Notes: generated by a model from the letters alone, not told the origin. Shown: positions 20,119 to 30,588, counted from the stretch's first letter. The stretch: DNA of 64,000 nt from Candidatus Latescibacterota bacterium (GCA_965203355.1 OZ241889.1:1184001-1248000), one strand, 5' to 3'. Translations and numbers: made by a program.

Positions 20119-20793
20119 CTACGCGGGGTTGCCTGCTGGAAACCAATCGGTCAGGACCGTTTTGAGTTCCAAAAACGCCGGATCATGGCAGCCGCGCAGG
20201 GAAACCTTTTCTGCAAGCTGCCGATACAACGAGGCACTGCGAGGTTTCCGCACTGTGTATAAAGCCGCTTCCAACGCCTCCTTGGGCCGCTGGGGTTTGG
20301 TTGCCCCGGCTTGCTCCAACGCCTCCTTGGGCCGCTGGGGTTTGGTTGCCCCGGCTTGCAAATAGCCCTGACGGATCAGCCAGCGACGCAGCGAAGGTCG
20401 TCGATTCTTCCAACCTGCTGCGTTGTCAACATGAGGCGAATCGCTCCAGACCCACGCCTCCAGTTCTGGATCGAGCACGATGGCCCTCGCTCGTTTGCCC
20501 CACGCCGAATCTTCGAACTCGCGGTTGAGTTCTTGCTGTATTTCTCGAGGCTGCTTCTGCTCTCTGCCACTGCCTTCGCGATCGAACATGAGCAACCCGT
20601 GGCGATACTGCTGCGAGAAATTGGCAAGGAATGCAACGCCGCGTGTAACGCAGCCGGGATCATGTTGCGGATGAATGGAAATGTTCGCGTCAATTGAGCG
20701 AATGCCCAATGCCTCTGGTCGCGTAAACAATCCAATCAGCGCCTGTTCTATATTGTGGTCGGCTACAAGTACAAAGAGGTCTCTCTCGTTCAT
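20119..20793 (-). CDS. MADS MAD4-like (TOPRIM-like) protein
   Basis: DLFVLVAD, HPQHDPG, MFDREG, PELEAWVW and RPKE motifs. ATGA overlap with the upstream ATPase. Confidence 0.65.
   Translation of the reverse strand: MNERDLFVLVADHNIEQALIGLFTRPEALGIRSIDANISIHPQHDPGCVTRGVAFLANFSQQYRHGLLMFDREGSGREQKQPREIQQELNREFEDSAWGKRARAIVLDPELEAWVWSDSPHVDNAAGWKNRRPSLRRWLIRQGYLQAGATKPQRPKEALEQAGATKPQRPKEALEAALYTVRKPRSASLYRQLAEKVSLRGCHDPAFLELKTVLTDWFPAGNPA
20270..20359. repeat. Perfect 45-bp in-frame tandem duplication
   Basis: TCCAACGCCTCCTTGGGCCGCTGGGGTTTGGTTGCCCCGGCTTGC occurs twice and encodes QAGATKPQRPKEALE twice. Confidence 0.95.
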
Positions 20794-22037
20794 CCCAAAA
20801 CCCCAGAGGCGAGTAGGGTGCCAAGGTCGGCTTGACCTTGCCATTGCCGCAGCGCGGGGTGTTCGGTGCCCAGAACAATGTCGGTTGCGCCGTCGTCGTT
20901 CTTGGCAAAGCACAATACGTCATCCATGCTGGCCGTGCTCAGCACTACTGGCGAATGCGTCGCCAACAAGACCTGAGACTCATACATGGAAGCAAGCGAG
21001 TCATACGCGGTGGCGACTGCGCGCGGATGGATCCCGTTTTCGGGTTCCTCTATTAGGTAGATACCTTGCAGATCGGCTAGATATGCGGGCAGCGTGAGTG
21101 CCGTCAGTCGCAAGGTGCCGTCAGAAACCATCCACGAAGGCACTGCGAGACCGCCTTCGTACTCGTAGATCATGTAGCAATGTCGATCCTCTGGACGCTC
21201 GAAGGTCTCGATGGCGACCAAATCCGGCAGTGCCGTGCGCATATGGACGATCCAGTCTTGGTAGCGTTGGGGAGTTTTAGCGCGCAAATCAGCTATCGCC
21301 CACGGCAGGTTTGAACCGTCCGGCAAGAAACCCGATCCCCGCATCGGCGGACTCGGTCGCTTAATGGCATGGCTATTTAGTACAAACTTTTGGACGCCGC
21401 TGGTCAGATACGCTAAAAACCACGCGGCAACGGGAAAGCGCTCTATATCAGCCGGCAGATTGCCGAAAGCCGAAGTCTGCGGCCCTAGCTTAAAAGACGG
21501 CGACCAACCTTTGTCTGTTTCGCTATAGAAGCTATCGTTGCCGCCCGCTGTCTTGTTGACGACAGCCTTACTGTCTTTCTGCCTTATGCGTTCCAACAGC
21601 GAAGCGGGGGCGTCAATTGGCCGCGGAAATAAAGCGAGTTGTGGCACGGCGATGTGCTCGGACTTTTTGAGCAAGACCGTCTCGGATTTGAATGCGAATC
21701 GCCCCTGTGTTTCGTCAAAGCCAATCGCCACCTGATACCGTGCGGTGTCCAGCTCTGGTTTTACGGTCCGAGAACACAGGCTGCTGGGAATGCACGCCTC
21801 TACTGCTAGCTCCAGCCTATCGCCCTGACGCCGAAAAAGAAGATCTTGGGGGTCCTGAGTGCGTTCTGCAATGGCCGCATCCAACCCCTCAGACAACACA
21901 TCGCGCAGAAAGCCGATGACGTCCAAAAAAGTTGTTTTGCCAGACGCATTCGGCCCCACGAGAACGTGAAAAGGGCGCAGTGGCCTATGCACATATCGCA
22001 AACAGCGATAATTCAAGGCTTCAATGAGGGTTATCAT
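20790..22037 (-). CDS. MADS MAD3-like ABC/AAA ATPase
   Basis: GPNASGKT, VSDGTLR, LIEEPENGIHP and ATHSP motifs. The MAD3 assignment is from recall of the family N- and C-termini. Confidence 0.8.
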   Translation of the reverse strand: MITLIEALNYRCLRYVHRPLRPFHVLVGPNASGKTTFLDVIGFLRDVLSEGLDAAIAERTQDPQDLLFRRQGDRLELAVEACIPSSLCSRTVKPELDTARYQVAIGFDETQGRFAFKSETVLLKKSEHIAVPQLALFPRPIDAPASLLERIRQKDSKAVVNKTAGGNDSFYSETDKGWSPSFKLGPQTSAFGNLPADIERFPVAAWFLAYLTSGVQKFVLNSHAIKRPSPPMRGSGFLPDGSNLPWAIADLRAKTPQRYQDWIVHMRTALPDLVAIETFERPEDRHCYMIYEYEGGLAVPSWMVSDGTLRLTALTLPAYLADLQGIYLIEEPENGIHPRAVATAYDSLASMYESQVLLATHSPVVLSTASMDDVLCFAKNDDGATDIVLGTEHPALRQWQGQADLGTLLASGVLG

Positions 22038-22049
22038 TCGGCGAGACTT

Positions 22050-22781
22050 CTACTGAAACACCTGCACCGTCGGCTTAATCACCAACAAGGGCACACAGGC
22101 GCGGGGTGGAAGAGAGGCCACAAAAAGCGCGGCTTGGGCCAGCTCTTCGGGTTGCAGCATGGCGGCTCGACGTTGGGCGCTGACGGGTTCGGGCCGCTGG
22201 GCCAAAATCGGCGTCTCGACCTCGCCGGGGCAGATGGCGCAGGCGCGAATGCCGGACGCGACTTCTTCCTCGTTGATCGAGTTCGTCAGGGCCACTGCTC
22301 CGTGCTTGGAGGCCGAGTACGCCGCGCCGGCCAGCTTGCTGGCCCGCAGGCCAGCGATGGACGAAACGGTGATGATGAGGCCGTCGTTTTGTTGCCGCAT
22401 CCCCGGCAACAGTGCCCGCACCATGTTGTACACCCCGGTGAGATTGATGGCAAGGGTCTGGTCCCAGTCCTCCGGGGCCACTTCGCCGACCGAGCGCGGA
22501 TTGGTGTTGATGCCCGCGTTGTTGACGAGCACATCGACAGAACCCCACGTCGCTTCAACGGCCGATACAAGATCGCCGACTGCATCGCGGTCGGACACGT
22601 CGCAGGAGTGAAGCAGGATGCGGTCGGGAGCGAGGCCGACGGCCGCGGCCGCGAGCGGCTCAGGGCGTCGCCCGACAAACGCCACCCGCGCCCCGGCGTG
22701 GGCAAAGCCGCGGGCGATGGCCGCGCCGATACCAGTGCCCGCGCCGGTTGTTACCACCACTTTATCGGTGAATTGCCGCAT
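22050..22781 (-). CDS. Short-chain dehydrogenase/reductase
   Basis: TGAGTGIG, NNAG and YSASK motifs. Confidence 0.92.
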   Translation of the reverse strand: MRQFTDKVVVTTGAGTGIGAAIARGFAHAGARVAFVGRRPEPLAAAAVGLAPDRILLHSCDVSDRDAVGDLVSAVEATWGSVDVLVNNAGINTNPRSVGEVAPEDWDQTLAINLTGVYNMVRALLPGMRQQNDGLIITVSSIAGLRASKLAGAAYSASKHGAVALTNSINEEEVASGIRACAICPGEVETPILAQRPEPVSAQRRAAMLQPEELAQAALFVASLPPRACVPLLVIKPTVQVFQ

Positions 22782-24238
22782 TATTCCGCTTCCTTTTTGA
22801 TGGCCTTTAAGCGCTGCGCTTCTTCGCGCTCCTTGTAAAATGAGTCGAGGGGAAAGCAGCCGGAAATCATGCCGTTGCGCGGCGCAGTCGTGCAATCGGA
22901 GAACGTGCGGCAGATGACGCGCCGTTGCAGTTGGCCGGTTTGCAGCACGTCGCTGGGCAGGTCGGGATAGGACAGCACCATCCGCCCCAAGCCGATAAAA
23001 TCCACCATGCCCGCCCGGACGAGGGCCTGCCCCACGTGCGGTAGATACTCCTGCAAGTAGGAATAACCCGACCCAACGAACAGGCTGCGCGAAAAACGCG
23101 CCTTGAGCCGGGCGACCATCGCCACTTGCCGCGCCACCCCGCACAGCGGGTCTTCCGGCGGCAGGTACCCGTCGGAAGGGGGAAAGAGCGCGGGCCGCTG
23201 GATGTGCGGATTGTAGTAGGGGCTGCCGCAGGACAAGTTGATCAGGCCCACGCCCAAGCTCTCCAACAAGGCGATGAACTGCTCGGCCTCGCCTAAGTCC
23301 ATTTGCCGCGGGTCGGACGGATCGACCCCAAAGCCGTACTCGTAGGGCAGGCAGTTTTGGTGCGGCTCGGGCACGCCAGGCCCCCGGTCCTCATTTGGAT
23401 CGGCTCGGAAGGGCACGAAGTCGAAAGCACTCAGCCGCACGCCAATGCCGAGACCAGGTGCCCGATGGCGAATTCCCGCGATGATGGAGCGGACAAAGCG
23501 CGTGCGATTGGCAAAGGAGCCGCCAAAGGGGCCAGGCCGGGTAAACGCGCTGAGGAATTCGTGCCCTAGGTAGCCGTGGCAATGCTTGATGTCCACGAAG
23601 TGGTAGCCTAGCTCATGGGCGATTTGTGCGCTGACGACATAGCGGTCGATCAACGCCTCAATAGCGGCGTCCGTCAGGAGCGGATAGCCCGCGTCAAGGC
23701 CGAATTTGCGGTCCAAAATCGGGTGGTGATAGAGGATGGCTGGCGCGGCTTGGCCTTGGCGATAGGGCCGGCAAAACCGCCCCGAATGCGTCAGTTGCAG
23801 GCCGAGGAGCAGGTCGTCGGTGGAGCCGAATCGCGCGTCGTGTGCCGACAGGAGGATGTCGCGCAGCTCGGCCATGCCGGCGCGGTTTTCTTCGCGCGCC
23901 ATGAGCTGGTTGGGATTGGCGCGGCCCTCGGGCACCACGGCAAACGCCTCCCCGCCCCAGATGAGCTTGGCCCCACTGCGCCCGAAATTCCGCCAGCGTC
24001 GGCGCGTCAGATCGCTTGGCTGGCCGTCTTCAGTCCCATCCCATCCTTCCATCGGCTGAATGGCAAAGCGATTGCCAATGCGGTTGCCGCCGCTATGGGC
24101 TGGTTGGGCTAGCGGAGAAGTGGGCGCGGTTTCGACTTGGTCGTCGCAGGGCATGGCCGCGCCCAAATGGGCTAAGTGGGCGCGGAAATCCGCTGCCTGC
24201 TTAAAGCTGGAGATGCGCGGATAGCGCGTCTTGGCCAT
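22781..24238 (-). CDS. NADH:flavin oxidoreductase (Old Yellow Enzyme family)
   Basis: [27 protein letters not shown] and NRTRF motifs. Confidence 0.9.
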   Translation of the reverse strand: MAKTRYPRISSFKQAADFRAHLAHLGAAMPCDDQVETAPTSPLAQPAHSGGNRIGNRFAIQPMEGWDGTEDGQPSDLTRRRWRNFGRSGAKLIWGGEAFAVVPEGRANPNQLMAREENRAGMAELRDILLSAHDARFGSTDDLLLGLQLTHSGRFCRPYRQGQAAPAILYHHPILDRKFGLDAGYPLLTDAAIEALIDRYVVSAQIAHELGYHFVDIKHCHGYLGHEFLSAFTRPGPFGGSFANRTRFVRSIIAGIRHRAPGLGIGVRLSAFDFVPFRADPNEDRGPGVPEPHQNCLPYEYGFGVDPSDPRQMDLGEAEQFIALLESLGVGLINLSCGSPYYNPHIQRPALFPPSDGYLPPEDPLCGVARQVAMVARLKARFSRSLFVGSGYSYLQEYLPHVGQALVRAGMVDFIGLGRMVLSYPDLPSDVLQTGQLQRRVICRTFSDCTTAPRNGMISGCFPLDSFYKEREEAQRLKAIKKEAE

Positions 24239-24993
24239 CAGGCGGCCTCTGGCCGGCGTTGCAGATGCAACATGAGCCCCAAGCCGAAGACAATCATGAC
24301 GAGGCTGAGAAGCTGGGCTTGGCTCAGGCCCCACAGGGCAGGCGGATTGATCCGAATGAACTCCACCGCGAACCGCGCCAGCCCGGCGAGGATGAGATAG
24401 AAGCTGAACGATAGGCCCGGAGGCGCGAAGCGGGTGCGCCTCTTCCACAAGAAAGCTGCGATCCCCAAGTGGGCGAGGGTTTCGTACACGGGCGCGGGAT
24501 GGACTTTTTCAAAGGTTGGCACCACGCCGTTGGGATAGGCCATGCCCCAAGGGAGATCGGTCGGCACCCCGTAGTCGCCATCGCCGGCGAGTTGGCAGCC
24601 GATGCGCCCGACCCCGTAGCCCACGGCCAGGGCGATGCCCACCGCGTCGGCGACCGGGCCCAGCGGTGCATTGTAGCGGCGAATTTGCCACAGCACGCCA
24701 ACGGCAGCGACGACGAATCCCCCGTACCAAGTCAAGCCATAGCCGGAAAACAGCAGGTCGAACACGTCGCCCCAAGTCTCGGGCGACGTTTCAAAGAGCA
24801 CAAAGTAGAGCTTGGCTCCGACTAGCCCGCCGATCATGCCGGTGGTGACAATCGTCGATCCCAGTTCGTCGTGCAGACCTTGGCGTTTGAACTCGCTATT
24901 GAGTACGCGCAGGGCGGCCAAGAAACCGAGGGCGACCATGAGGCCAAACGTGCCAATGCTAATGGGGCCGATTTCGAATAGGTAGGGATACAT
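24238..24993 (-). CDS. lgt: Prolipoprotein diacylglyceryl transferase
   Basis: [24 protein letters not shown] and RFAVEFIR motifs. Confidence 0.92.
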   Translation of the reverse strand: MYPYLFEIGPISIGTFGLMVALGFLAALRVLNSEFKRQGLHDELGSTIVTTGMIGGLVGAKLYFVLFETSPETWGDVFDLLFSGYGLTWYGGFVVAAVGVLWQIRRYNAPLGPVADAVGIALAVGYGVGRIGCQLAGDGDYGVPTDLPWGMAYPNGVVPTFEKVHPAPVYETLAHLGIAAFLWKRRTRFAPPGLSFSFYLILAGLARFAVEFIRINPPALWGLSQAQLLSLVMIVFGLGLMLHLQRRPEAA

Positions 24994-24995
24994 AA

Positions 24996-27900
24996 TCAGA
25001 TGTTTTTGCGGCCTAGCGCTGCGACCTGTCGCTTGAGCGCGGCGGCGATCTCGTAGTAGATCTCGTAGGGAGTTCCCTTGAAGGGGGCCGCTGTCAAGGG
25101 CGGGCCAAAGAGCAGGCGCAAAGGGTGGCGCGATGGGGTGCGCGTCCCCTCGGGCAGGGCCTCGCGGGTCCCGGCAATGTGCAGGGGGACTACGGGTGCA
25201 TCCAGTTCGTAGGCCAAAAGCCCCACGCTGGCCTTAAACGGCTGTAGCTGGCCGTTGACCGAGCGCGTGCCTTCGGGAAAGACCAACAGGGGGCGACGCA
25301 CGCCCACCAATTGCCGCGCCCGCACCAAGCCGGCCGCGAAGTTGTCGTGGCCATCAAAGGGGATGGCATTGACAAAGGTAGATAAAAACCAGCGCAGCTC
25401 GGCGTCGGTAAGGTCGTGCTCGCTGGTTGCGATATTGAGGTGATCGACCTGGGAATGCACGGCTGCGTACACGCAGGCACCGTCGAGGTGGCTGGCGTGA
25501 TTGGCGGCAATCAGGTAGGGCCGATCTTGGGGCAAGTGTTCTAGGCCGCCGGCGCGGAAATCGAAAAAGCGGCGGAACAAAGGACCGCCGGTCTCCCACA
25601 GGATTTCTTGCAGCCTGTTTTTGCCGACTGCGCTCTCTGGCTCGGCCTTCGGCTCGGCGTGCAAGATGCTCGACCAGTACGCGGGAGACTGCTCCACGCC
25701 CCAATCCACCCCATCTTGCAAGTGAGCCTCCAGCCGTGCCAAGACGCTGCGAAGCGTGTCCTGCGGCTGCAAGAGTCCTTCGACTGGAGCTCCCAATCGC
25801 TGGCCGAGCCACGCGGCAAACTCCACGGCCATCAGCGAATCCAACAAGGTGTCGAGCGGCGCATCCAGATGAGCGGCTATCTCCCCGGTGCTCAGCCCCG
25901 CAAGTCGGCCGATTTGGCGCTGGATCGCCCGCTCCCATTCCGGCAGGGCCGCGCCCGGGCAGCCTTCGCGCTCGATGGCGGACAAGAGGGCTTGGCGGTC
26001 CACGGTGCCGTCGTCTAGCCGCGGCAGGGGGCGGGCCCAAAAGTGCCAGTGCTGGATCCGGTGATGACTGGGCAAGGTGCGCGCAATCTCGTATGAGCGC
26101 GCTTGGATGGCCTCGCGCAAGCCCTCGGTTTCTTCGGCGTCGCGGTCGAGCACAGCCACGCCGTGTACTGCTTCGCCCCCGGTGTGCGCCGAAGGCACGC
26201 CGACTACGCTTAGCTCGGCTACGTGCGGCAAGCCGCGGTAGAGCGATTCGACTTCGCGGGGATAGACGTTGTGGCCGGCTCCGTTGACGATCAAGTCTTT
26301 GCTCCGCCCCTCGACGAAGAGATAGCCGTCGTCGTCGAGACGGCCGAGATCGCCCGTGTGTAGCCACTCATCCTGCAACGCGGCTTGGGTCAATTCCTCT
26401 TGGGCGAAGTACCCCTCCATGACGTTGGCACCGCGCACTAAGATCTCGCCGATGCGGTGCTCGTCCGGCTCGGCGATTTGCACTTGCTGCCCGGGCAGCA
26501 CCTGCCCCACGGACCGGGCCTTGCCCTGATGGGGCGGGTTGACCGCCACGACCGAGGCCGCTTCGCTGAGGCCGTAGCCTTGGCAGATCGCAACGCCGAG
26601 CCGCTCATACGTGCCGACGAGGTCGTCGGGCAGAGCCGAGCCGACGCTGACGACTCGCCTCAAAGTGGCCAGCCCGGTTGTGGCTTCGGCTCCGAGGCGT
26701 TCGACGCGCTCGGCCAAGACGCGCAACAGGCGCGGCGCGGTCAACAGCACGGTCGGGCCCGTATCGCGCAGGGTGCGGAGCATTGCGCGGCTGTTGACGG
26801 CCTCTAAATACGTGATGGTGGCCCCGCCGAGCAGTGGCAGCAGCAAGCCGCCGGTGAATTCGAGGGCTTGATCGAGGGGCAGGGTCGAGAGCATGCGGTC
26901 GGATTCGTAGAGGCGCAGCACCTCGCCTTGGGCGAGGACGTTGGAGATGAGGTTGCGATGGCTCAACACCACGCCGCGCGGCTCGACAAGCGAGGTGAAG
27001 ATAATGGACGCCGTGGCACTGGGCTCGACCCTCGGTGGCTTCCAACGGCCTTCTTTGGTGGCCGCGCTTGGCCCGGAGTTTTGCCCGAATGGCCGGCCGT
27101 CGCGATCGGCGTTGAAAAAGGCCAGTTCTTTGTGGGAGGCTACGCCCTCGGGCGAGAGTTGGGAAAAGCGCTTTTCTGCGGCAATCAACGCCCGCGCTCC
27201 GACCAAGTCGCACAGCCTCCAGATGTTTTTCTCGCGCGTCTGCGGGCTGATGGGCACGACCGCTAGCCCAAGCAGGCTGGCCGCCATGTAGGCGACGACC
27301 CACTCTGGCCCGTTGGCTCCGCACAGCAGGACCCGCGCCCCGGCCGACAGGCCCTGGGTGCGCCAACGGCGTGCCATGTGCTCGGCGCGAGTGAGCAACT
27401 CGTCGTAACTGATGCGCGTCCAGCCGGATTGGCGCTCGATTTGCAAGGCCGTTCTGGCGGCGTAGCGGCCGCAGGCCCAGCGCAACAGGTCCGGGATGGT
27501 GCGGATGCTTTCCTCGACGCGCCAGCGCTGTTCTTCGCCCCCCACTTCGCTCGGTGCCGCGCTCAACGGCTCTTGGTCGTCGTCGGCCCCGCCCAACTCG
27601 TGGCGGCGGAGGCCCGGCAGATGGGTCTTTTGATAGTATTGGTACCAGTCGATCCGCCGCACGTCCATGTTGAAAATCCGCTGCTCTTCGGGCGGCAGCG
27701 ACTCGTAGAGAGCCAACATGCGCTTGGCGGCATAGCGGCAGTCGAGGGTCGTGTACGGGCTGAATAGGTCGGTGAAGTACTGGACGCGCTTGAGGCGCGT
27801 CTTGAGCGCGGCCAAGCGGCGCTTTTTCTGGGCCGGTGCCCAGCGCTCGGGCAGGCACTCGTAGAGCTTTTGCTTTGCTTCGAGAGGATAGAGGTACTTC

Positions 27901-29177
27901 CAGTTGAAGGTGCGCTGGAAGCGAGCCACCGTCGGGAAGGTCCAATCCACGAGCTCGGGCCGCGAGCCGTCCTTGTTGAGGAGGGGGTACTGCTCAAAGT
28001 AGGCCTTGATGTACTTGAGCATCCGGGTGTTGGGCAGCGGATTTTCTTCGCTAGTCGCCGCGTGGAAAACCTCCACGGCGGCGGCCGTGGCTTGGGTCGC
28101 GGCGGCCAACACGGTATTGACGACAATGTCCACAGGCACCAAGTCCATGGGTGCGCCGACCGCGGCCGGGAAGTCCGGGACGATCCCCCGCCCGTAGGCT
28201 ACCACCAGCGGATCGGTCACTTTAAGCCCATGGATCCAGCCTGGATGCGGGTCTTCGAGTGCGCCTTCGGTGACGCTGGGCCGCACGATGGCCAGCGGCA
28301 CTTGGCCGCGGTGCTTGACGAGCAACTGTTCGCCCATGGCCTTGGTAAAAGTGTACACGTCGTTCCAGCCGTGCTGCCGCGCTCGGCGCATCCCCTCCTC
28401 GACTAGCGCGCGCTCAATCCAGCGGCGACAGCGGTCGTCAATCAGCTTTTGCAAGCGGCTGTCCGAAAGCTGGCGGCGGTGGCTTTGCTCGACGATCTCG
28501 CGGCGGAATGCCCGCTGTTGTTCGGTGCTTTGCGCTTGGGCGCGGATCGCCCGGCAGCGGGCTTGCGCTTGGGCGATTTCTTCTTCGGGGACAAAGGGTT
28601 GTGCGGGGGTGGCGTTGTCGATTAGGTGCTGAATCGTGCGGTCGATCGGCAGGGTTTGCTCGGGGACTGCGCCGGTGAGGCGCCCATTGACGTACGCGGT
28701 TGACACGTGGACCAAGACGGGCTTTTTGCGACCTTCGCGGGCCAGTCGCAACAGTTCTTGCGGGGCCAAGGTGTTGAATTGGAGTGCCGAGTCGAGCGGT
28801 TCGTCAAAGGTGACGCTGGCCGCGTTGCCGATGATGAGGTCCACTTCCGCGAGCAACTCGTCGCGCGATGCTTCGTCTAGCCCGAGGCCTGGTTGCTGCA
28901 TGTCGCAGGCCAGGGCGCGCACCTTCTGGCGCGCTGCGGCAAAAGCGGCAGGTTCTTCGCGGCGAAAGCGGTCGAAGACGACTAGCTTAAAAAGATCGTC
29001 CAGCCGCTCCTCTACCGGCAGCGAGGTCCCGCCCGGACCCCGCCCGGGCCGCAACACGAGGTACAAGCGCCGCACACCGGGCAAATAGCGCAGGATCTTG
29101 GCCGTCAGCCCCTGCCCGTAAAACCCGGTGCCGCCGGTCAGCAACACGGTGCGGTCCTGATAGAATTCTCTGATCAT
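24996..29177 (-). CDS. ElbD-like multidomain lipid enzyme: fatty acyl-CoA reductase - adenylation - ACP - acyltransferase
   Basis: TGGTGFYG, HVSTAYV and YTFTK (FAR); GYGLSE and TGDLG (AMP-binding); LDSL (ACP serine); NHASHLD and FPEGTRS (PlsC-type acyltransferase). Confidence 0.85.
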   Translation of the reverse strand: MIREFYQDRTVLLTGGTGFYGQGLTAKILRYLPGVRRLYLVLRPGRGPGGTSLPVEERLDDLFKLVVFDRFRREEPAAFAAARQKVRALACDMQQPGLGLDEASRDELLAEVDLIIGNAASVTFDEPLDSALQFNTLAPQELLRLAREGRKKPVLVHVSTAYVNGRLTGAVPEQTLPIDRTIQHLIDNATPAQPFVPEEEIAQAQARCRAIRAQAQSTEQQRAFRREIVEQSHRRQLSDSRLQKLIDDRCRRWIERALVEEGMRRARQHGWNDVYTFTKAMGEQLLVKHRGQVPLAIVRPSVTEGALEDPHPGWIHGLKVTDPLVVAYGRGIVPDFPAAVGAPMDLVPVDIVVNTVLAAATQATAAAVEVFHAATSEENPLPNTRMLKYIKAYFEQYPLLNKDGSRPELVDWTFPTVARFQRTFNWKYLYPLEAKQKLYECLPERWAPAQKKRRLAALKTRLKRVQYFTDLFSPYTTLDCRYAAKRMLALYESLPPEEQRIFNMDVRRIDWYQYYQKTHLPGLRRHELGGADDDQEPLSAAPSEVGGEEQRWRVEESIRTIPDLLRWACGRYAARTALQIERQSGWTRISYDELLTRAEHMARRWRTQGLSAGARVLLCGANGPEWVVAYMAASLLGLAVVPISPQTREKNIWRLCDLVGARALIAAEKRFSQLSPEGVASHKELAFFNADRDGRPFGQNSGPSAATKEGRWKPPRVEPSATASIIFTSLVEPRGVVLSHRNLISNVLAQGEVLRLYESDRMLSTLPLDQALEFTGGLLLPLLGGATITYLEAVNSRAMLRTLRDTGPTVLLTAPRLLRVLAERVERLGAEATTGLATLRRVVSVGSALPDDLVGTYERLGVAICQGYGLSEAASVVAVNPPHQGKARSVGQVLPGQQVQIAEPDEHRIGEILVRGANVMEGYFAQEELTQAALQDEWLHTGDLGRLDDDGYLFVEGRSKDLIVNGAGHNVYPREVESLYRGLPHVAELSVVGVPSAHTGGEAVHGVAVLDRDAEETEGLREAIQARSYEIARTLPSHHRIQHWHFWARPLPRLDDGTVDRQALLSAIEREGCPGAALPEWERAIQRQIGRLAGLSTGEIAAHLDAPLDTLLDSLMAVEFAAWLGQRLGAPVEGLLQPQDTLRSVLARLEAHLQDGVDWGVEQSPAYWSSILHAEPKAEPESAVGKNRLQEILWETGGPLFRRFFDFRAGGLEHLPQDRPYLIAANHASHLDGACVYAAVHSQVDHLNIATSEHDLTDAELRWFLSTFVNAIPFDGHDNFAAGLVRARQLVGVRRPLLVFPEGTRSVNGQLQPFKASVGLLAYELDAPVVPLHIAGTREALPEGTRTPSRHPLRLLFGPPLTAAPFKGTPYEIYYEIAAALKRQVAALGRKNI

Positions 29178-29286
29178 AGCGGAAACGGACCAAAGCCCCA
29201 TCCCGTGCAGCGCGTGGCCCGTCAGGACAGAGCGCAAAATGTTACAATATAGAAGGCTGGATGCCCTGCCACAAGGAGGGTTGATA

Positions 29287-29409
29287 GTGGTACGTTTTGA
29301 AGTTTAGCTTTACTCCCGTTGCACGGGTTGCTCTCGCTCGGCCTGAACCCGGCGACCCAAGCCCGACCTCAACCGTACCGCGACAATTGGAGATTTCAAA
29401 ACGCATCAC
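29287..29409. mobile_element. Candidate MITE or structured element with 18-bp imperfect terminal inverted repeats
   Basis: GTGGTACGTTTTGAAGTT (29287-29304) pairs with GATTTCAAAACGCATCAC (29392-29409). Confidence 0.45.
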
Positions 29410-29632
29410 GACCGGAGGGTTACTGCTTTGGACGCCTAGGCTTGCAGCCCTTGCTGTCGCGCTGATTCCGGTCTAGCCCCTGCTTGGTGATATAGGGGTG
29501 TTCGACCTGTTTTTCCAGCGCGCGGCGCTGGTCGGTCCACTCGATGTTTCGTTTTCGCTTGGCCATGTTTTGATGTTATTTTTTGAGTATGGTGAATCTA
29601 CGCACAGGGCCGCTTATGGGACAACCCAAGCT

Positions 29633-30538
29633 ATGTCCAAACACTGGGTCTTGATAGCCAATCCAACGGCGGGCAACGCCCGCGCCCGCTGCGTTGCCGA
29701 ACGAGCCGCCTTGGCTATACAAGCGGCCGGGCAAGGGGTTGAATTGCGCTACACGCGGGCCAAGGGCCACGCAACCGAGTTGGCACAGCAGGCCGTGGCC
29801 GAGGGGGCCGAGCGGCTGGTGGTCTGCGGCGGCGACGGCACCATCCGCGAGACGCTCGCGCCCCTCGCTGGATCGTCCGCGGCCTTGGGGTTGCTGCCCG
29901 GCGGCACGTGCAACGATTTGGCCCGCGCCCTCGCCGTGCCGCTGCGAGTGGAAGCGGCCATCGACAACTTGCTGAGCGGGGAGGTCCGCGCCATAGACTT
30001 GGGACGGGTCGGCGACCGGTTCTTCGCCACAGTCGCGGCCTTTGGCTTTGACGCCGAGGTCAACCGCCGCGCGGAAAGTGCCCGAGGGCCGCTGTCTGGG
30101 CGGATCCGCTATGTATTGGCGGCATTGCGGCACCTGGCACGCTACCAGCCGGTCCGGGTCCGGCTCGGCGGCGATTTCGGGGAGATTGAGCAAGAGGTGC
30201 TGCAAGTATCCACCGCCAATGCGCGGAACTACGGCGGCAATCTATGCGTTGCCCCAGATGCCGACCTCGGCGATGGCCTTTTTGACGTCGTCGTCGTCGA
30301 TGCGGTGCCGTGGCCGGCGATTCTGTCGTTGATGACGCGCCTCTTTTGGCGAGCACACGTCCGCCATCCAGCCGTGCGCGTCGAACGCACGGCTCGCCTC
30401 GTGCTGCACACCGACGCGCCGCACCGCGTATATGCAGACGGCGACTATCTAGACCAGACGCCGCTCGCGCTGGAGATTAGCCCGGCTGCCTTGCGGGTGG
30501 TGGTGCCGAGTGCTTGCTCGCAGGGGGTGCGTTGTTGA
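29633..30538 (+). CDS. Diacylglycerol kinase family lipid kinase (YegS/BmrU)
   Basis: NPTAG, GGDGT, PGGTCNDLA, YGG and DGD motifs. Confidence 0.9.
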   Translation: MSKHWVLIANPTAGNARARCVAERAALAIQAAGQGVELRYTRAKGHATELAQQAVAEGAERLVVCGGDGTIRETLAPLAGSSAALGLLPGGTCNDLARALAVPLRVEAAIDNLLSGEVRAIDLGRVGDRFFATVAAFGFDAEVNRRAESARGPLSGRIRYVLAALRHLARYQPVRVRLGGDFGEIEQEVLQVSTANARNYGGNLCVAPDADLGDGLFDVVVVDAVPWPAILSLMTRLFWRAHVRHPAVRVERTARLVLHTDAPHRVYADGDYLDQTPLALEISPAALRVVVPSACSQGVRC

Positions 30539-30588
30539 TATTGCCCTAAGAGGCGGTTCTCAATCGCGACTTATTCCACAGCGTCTTT

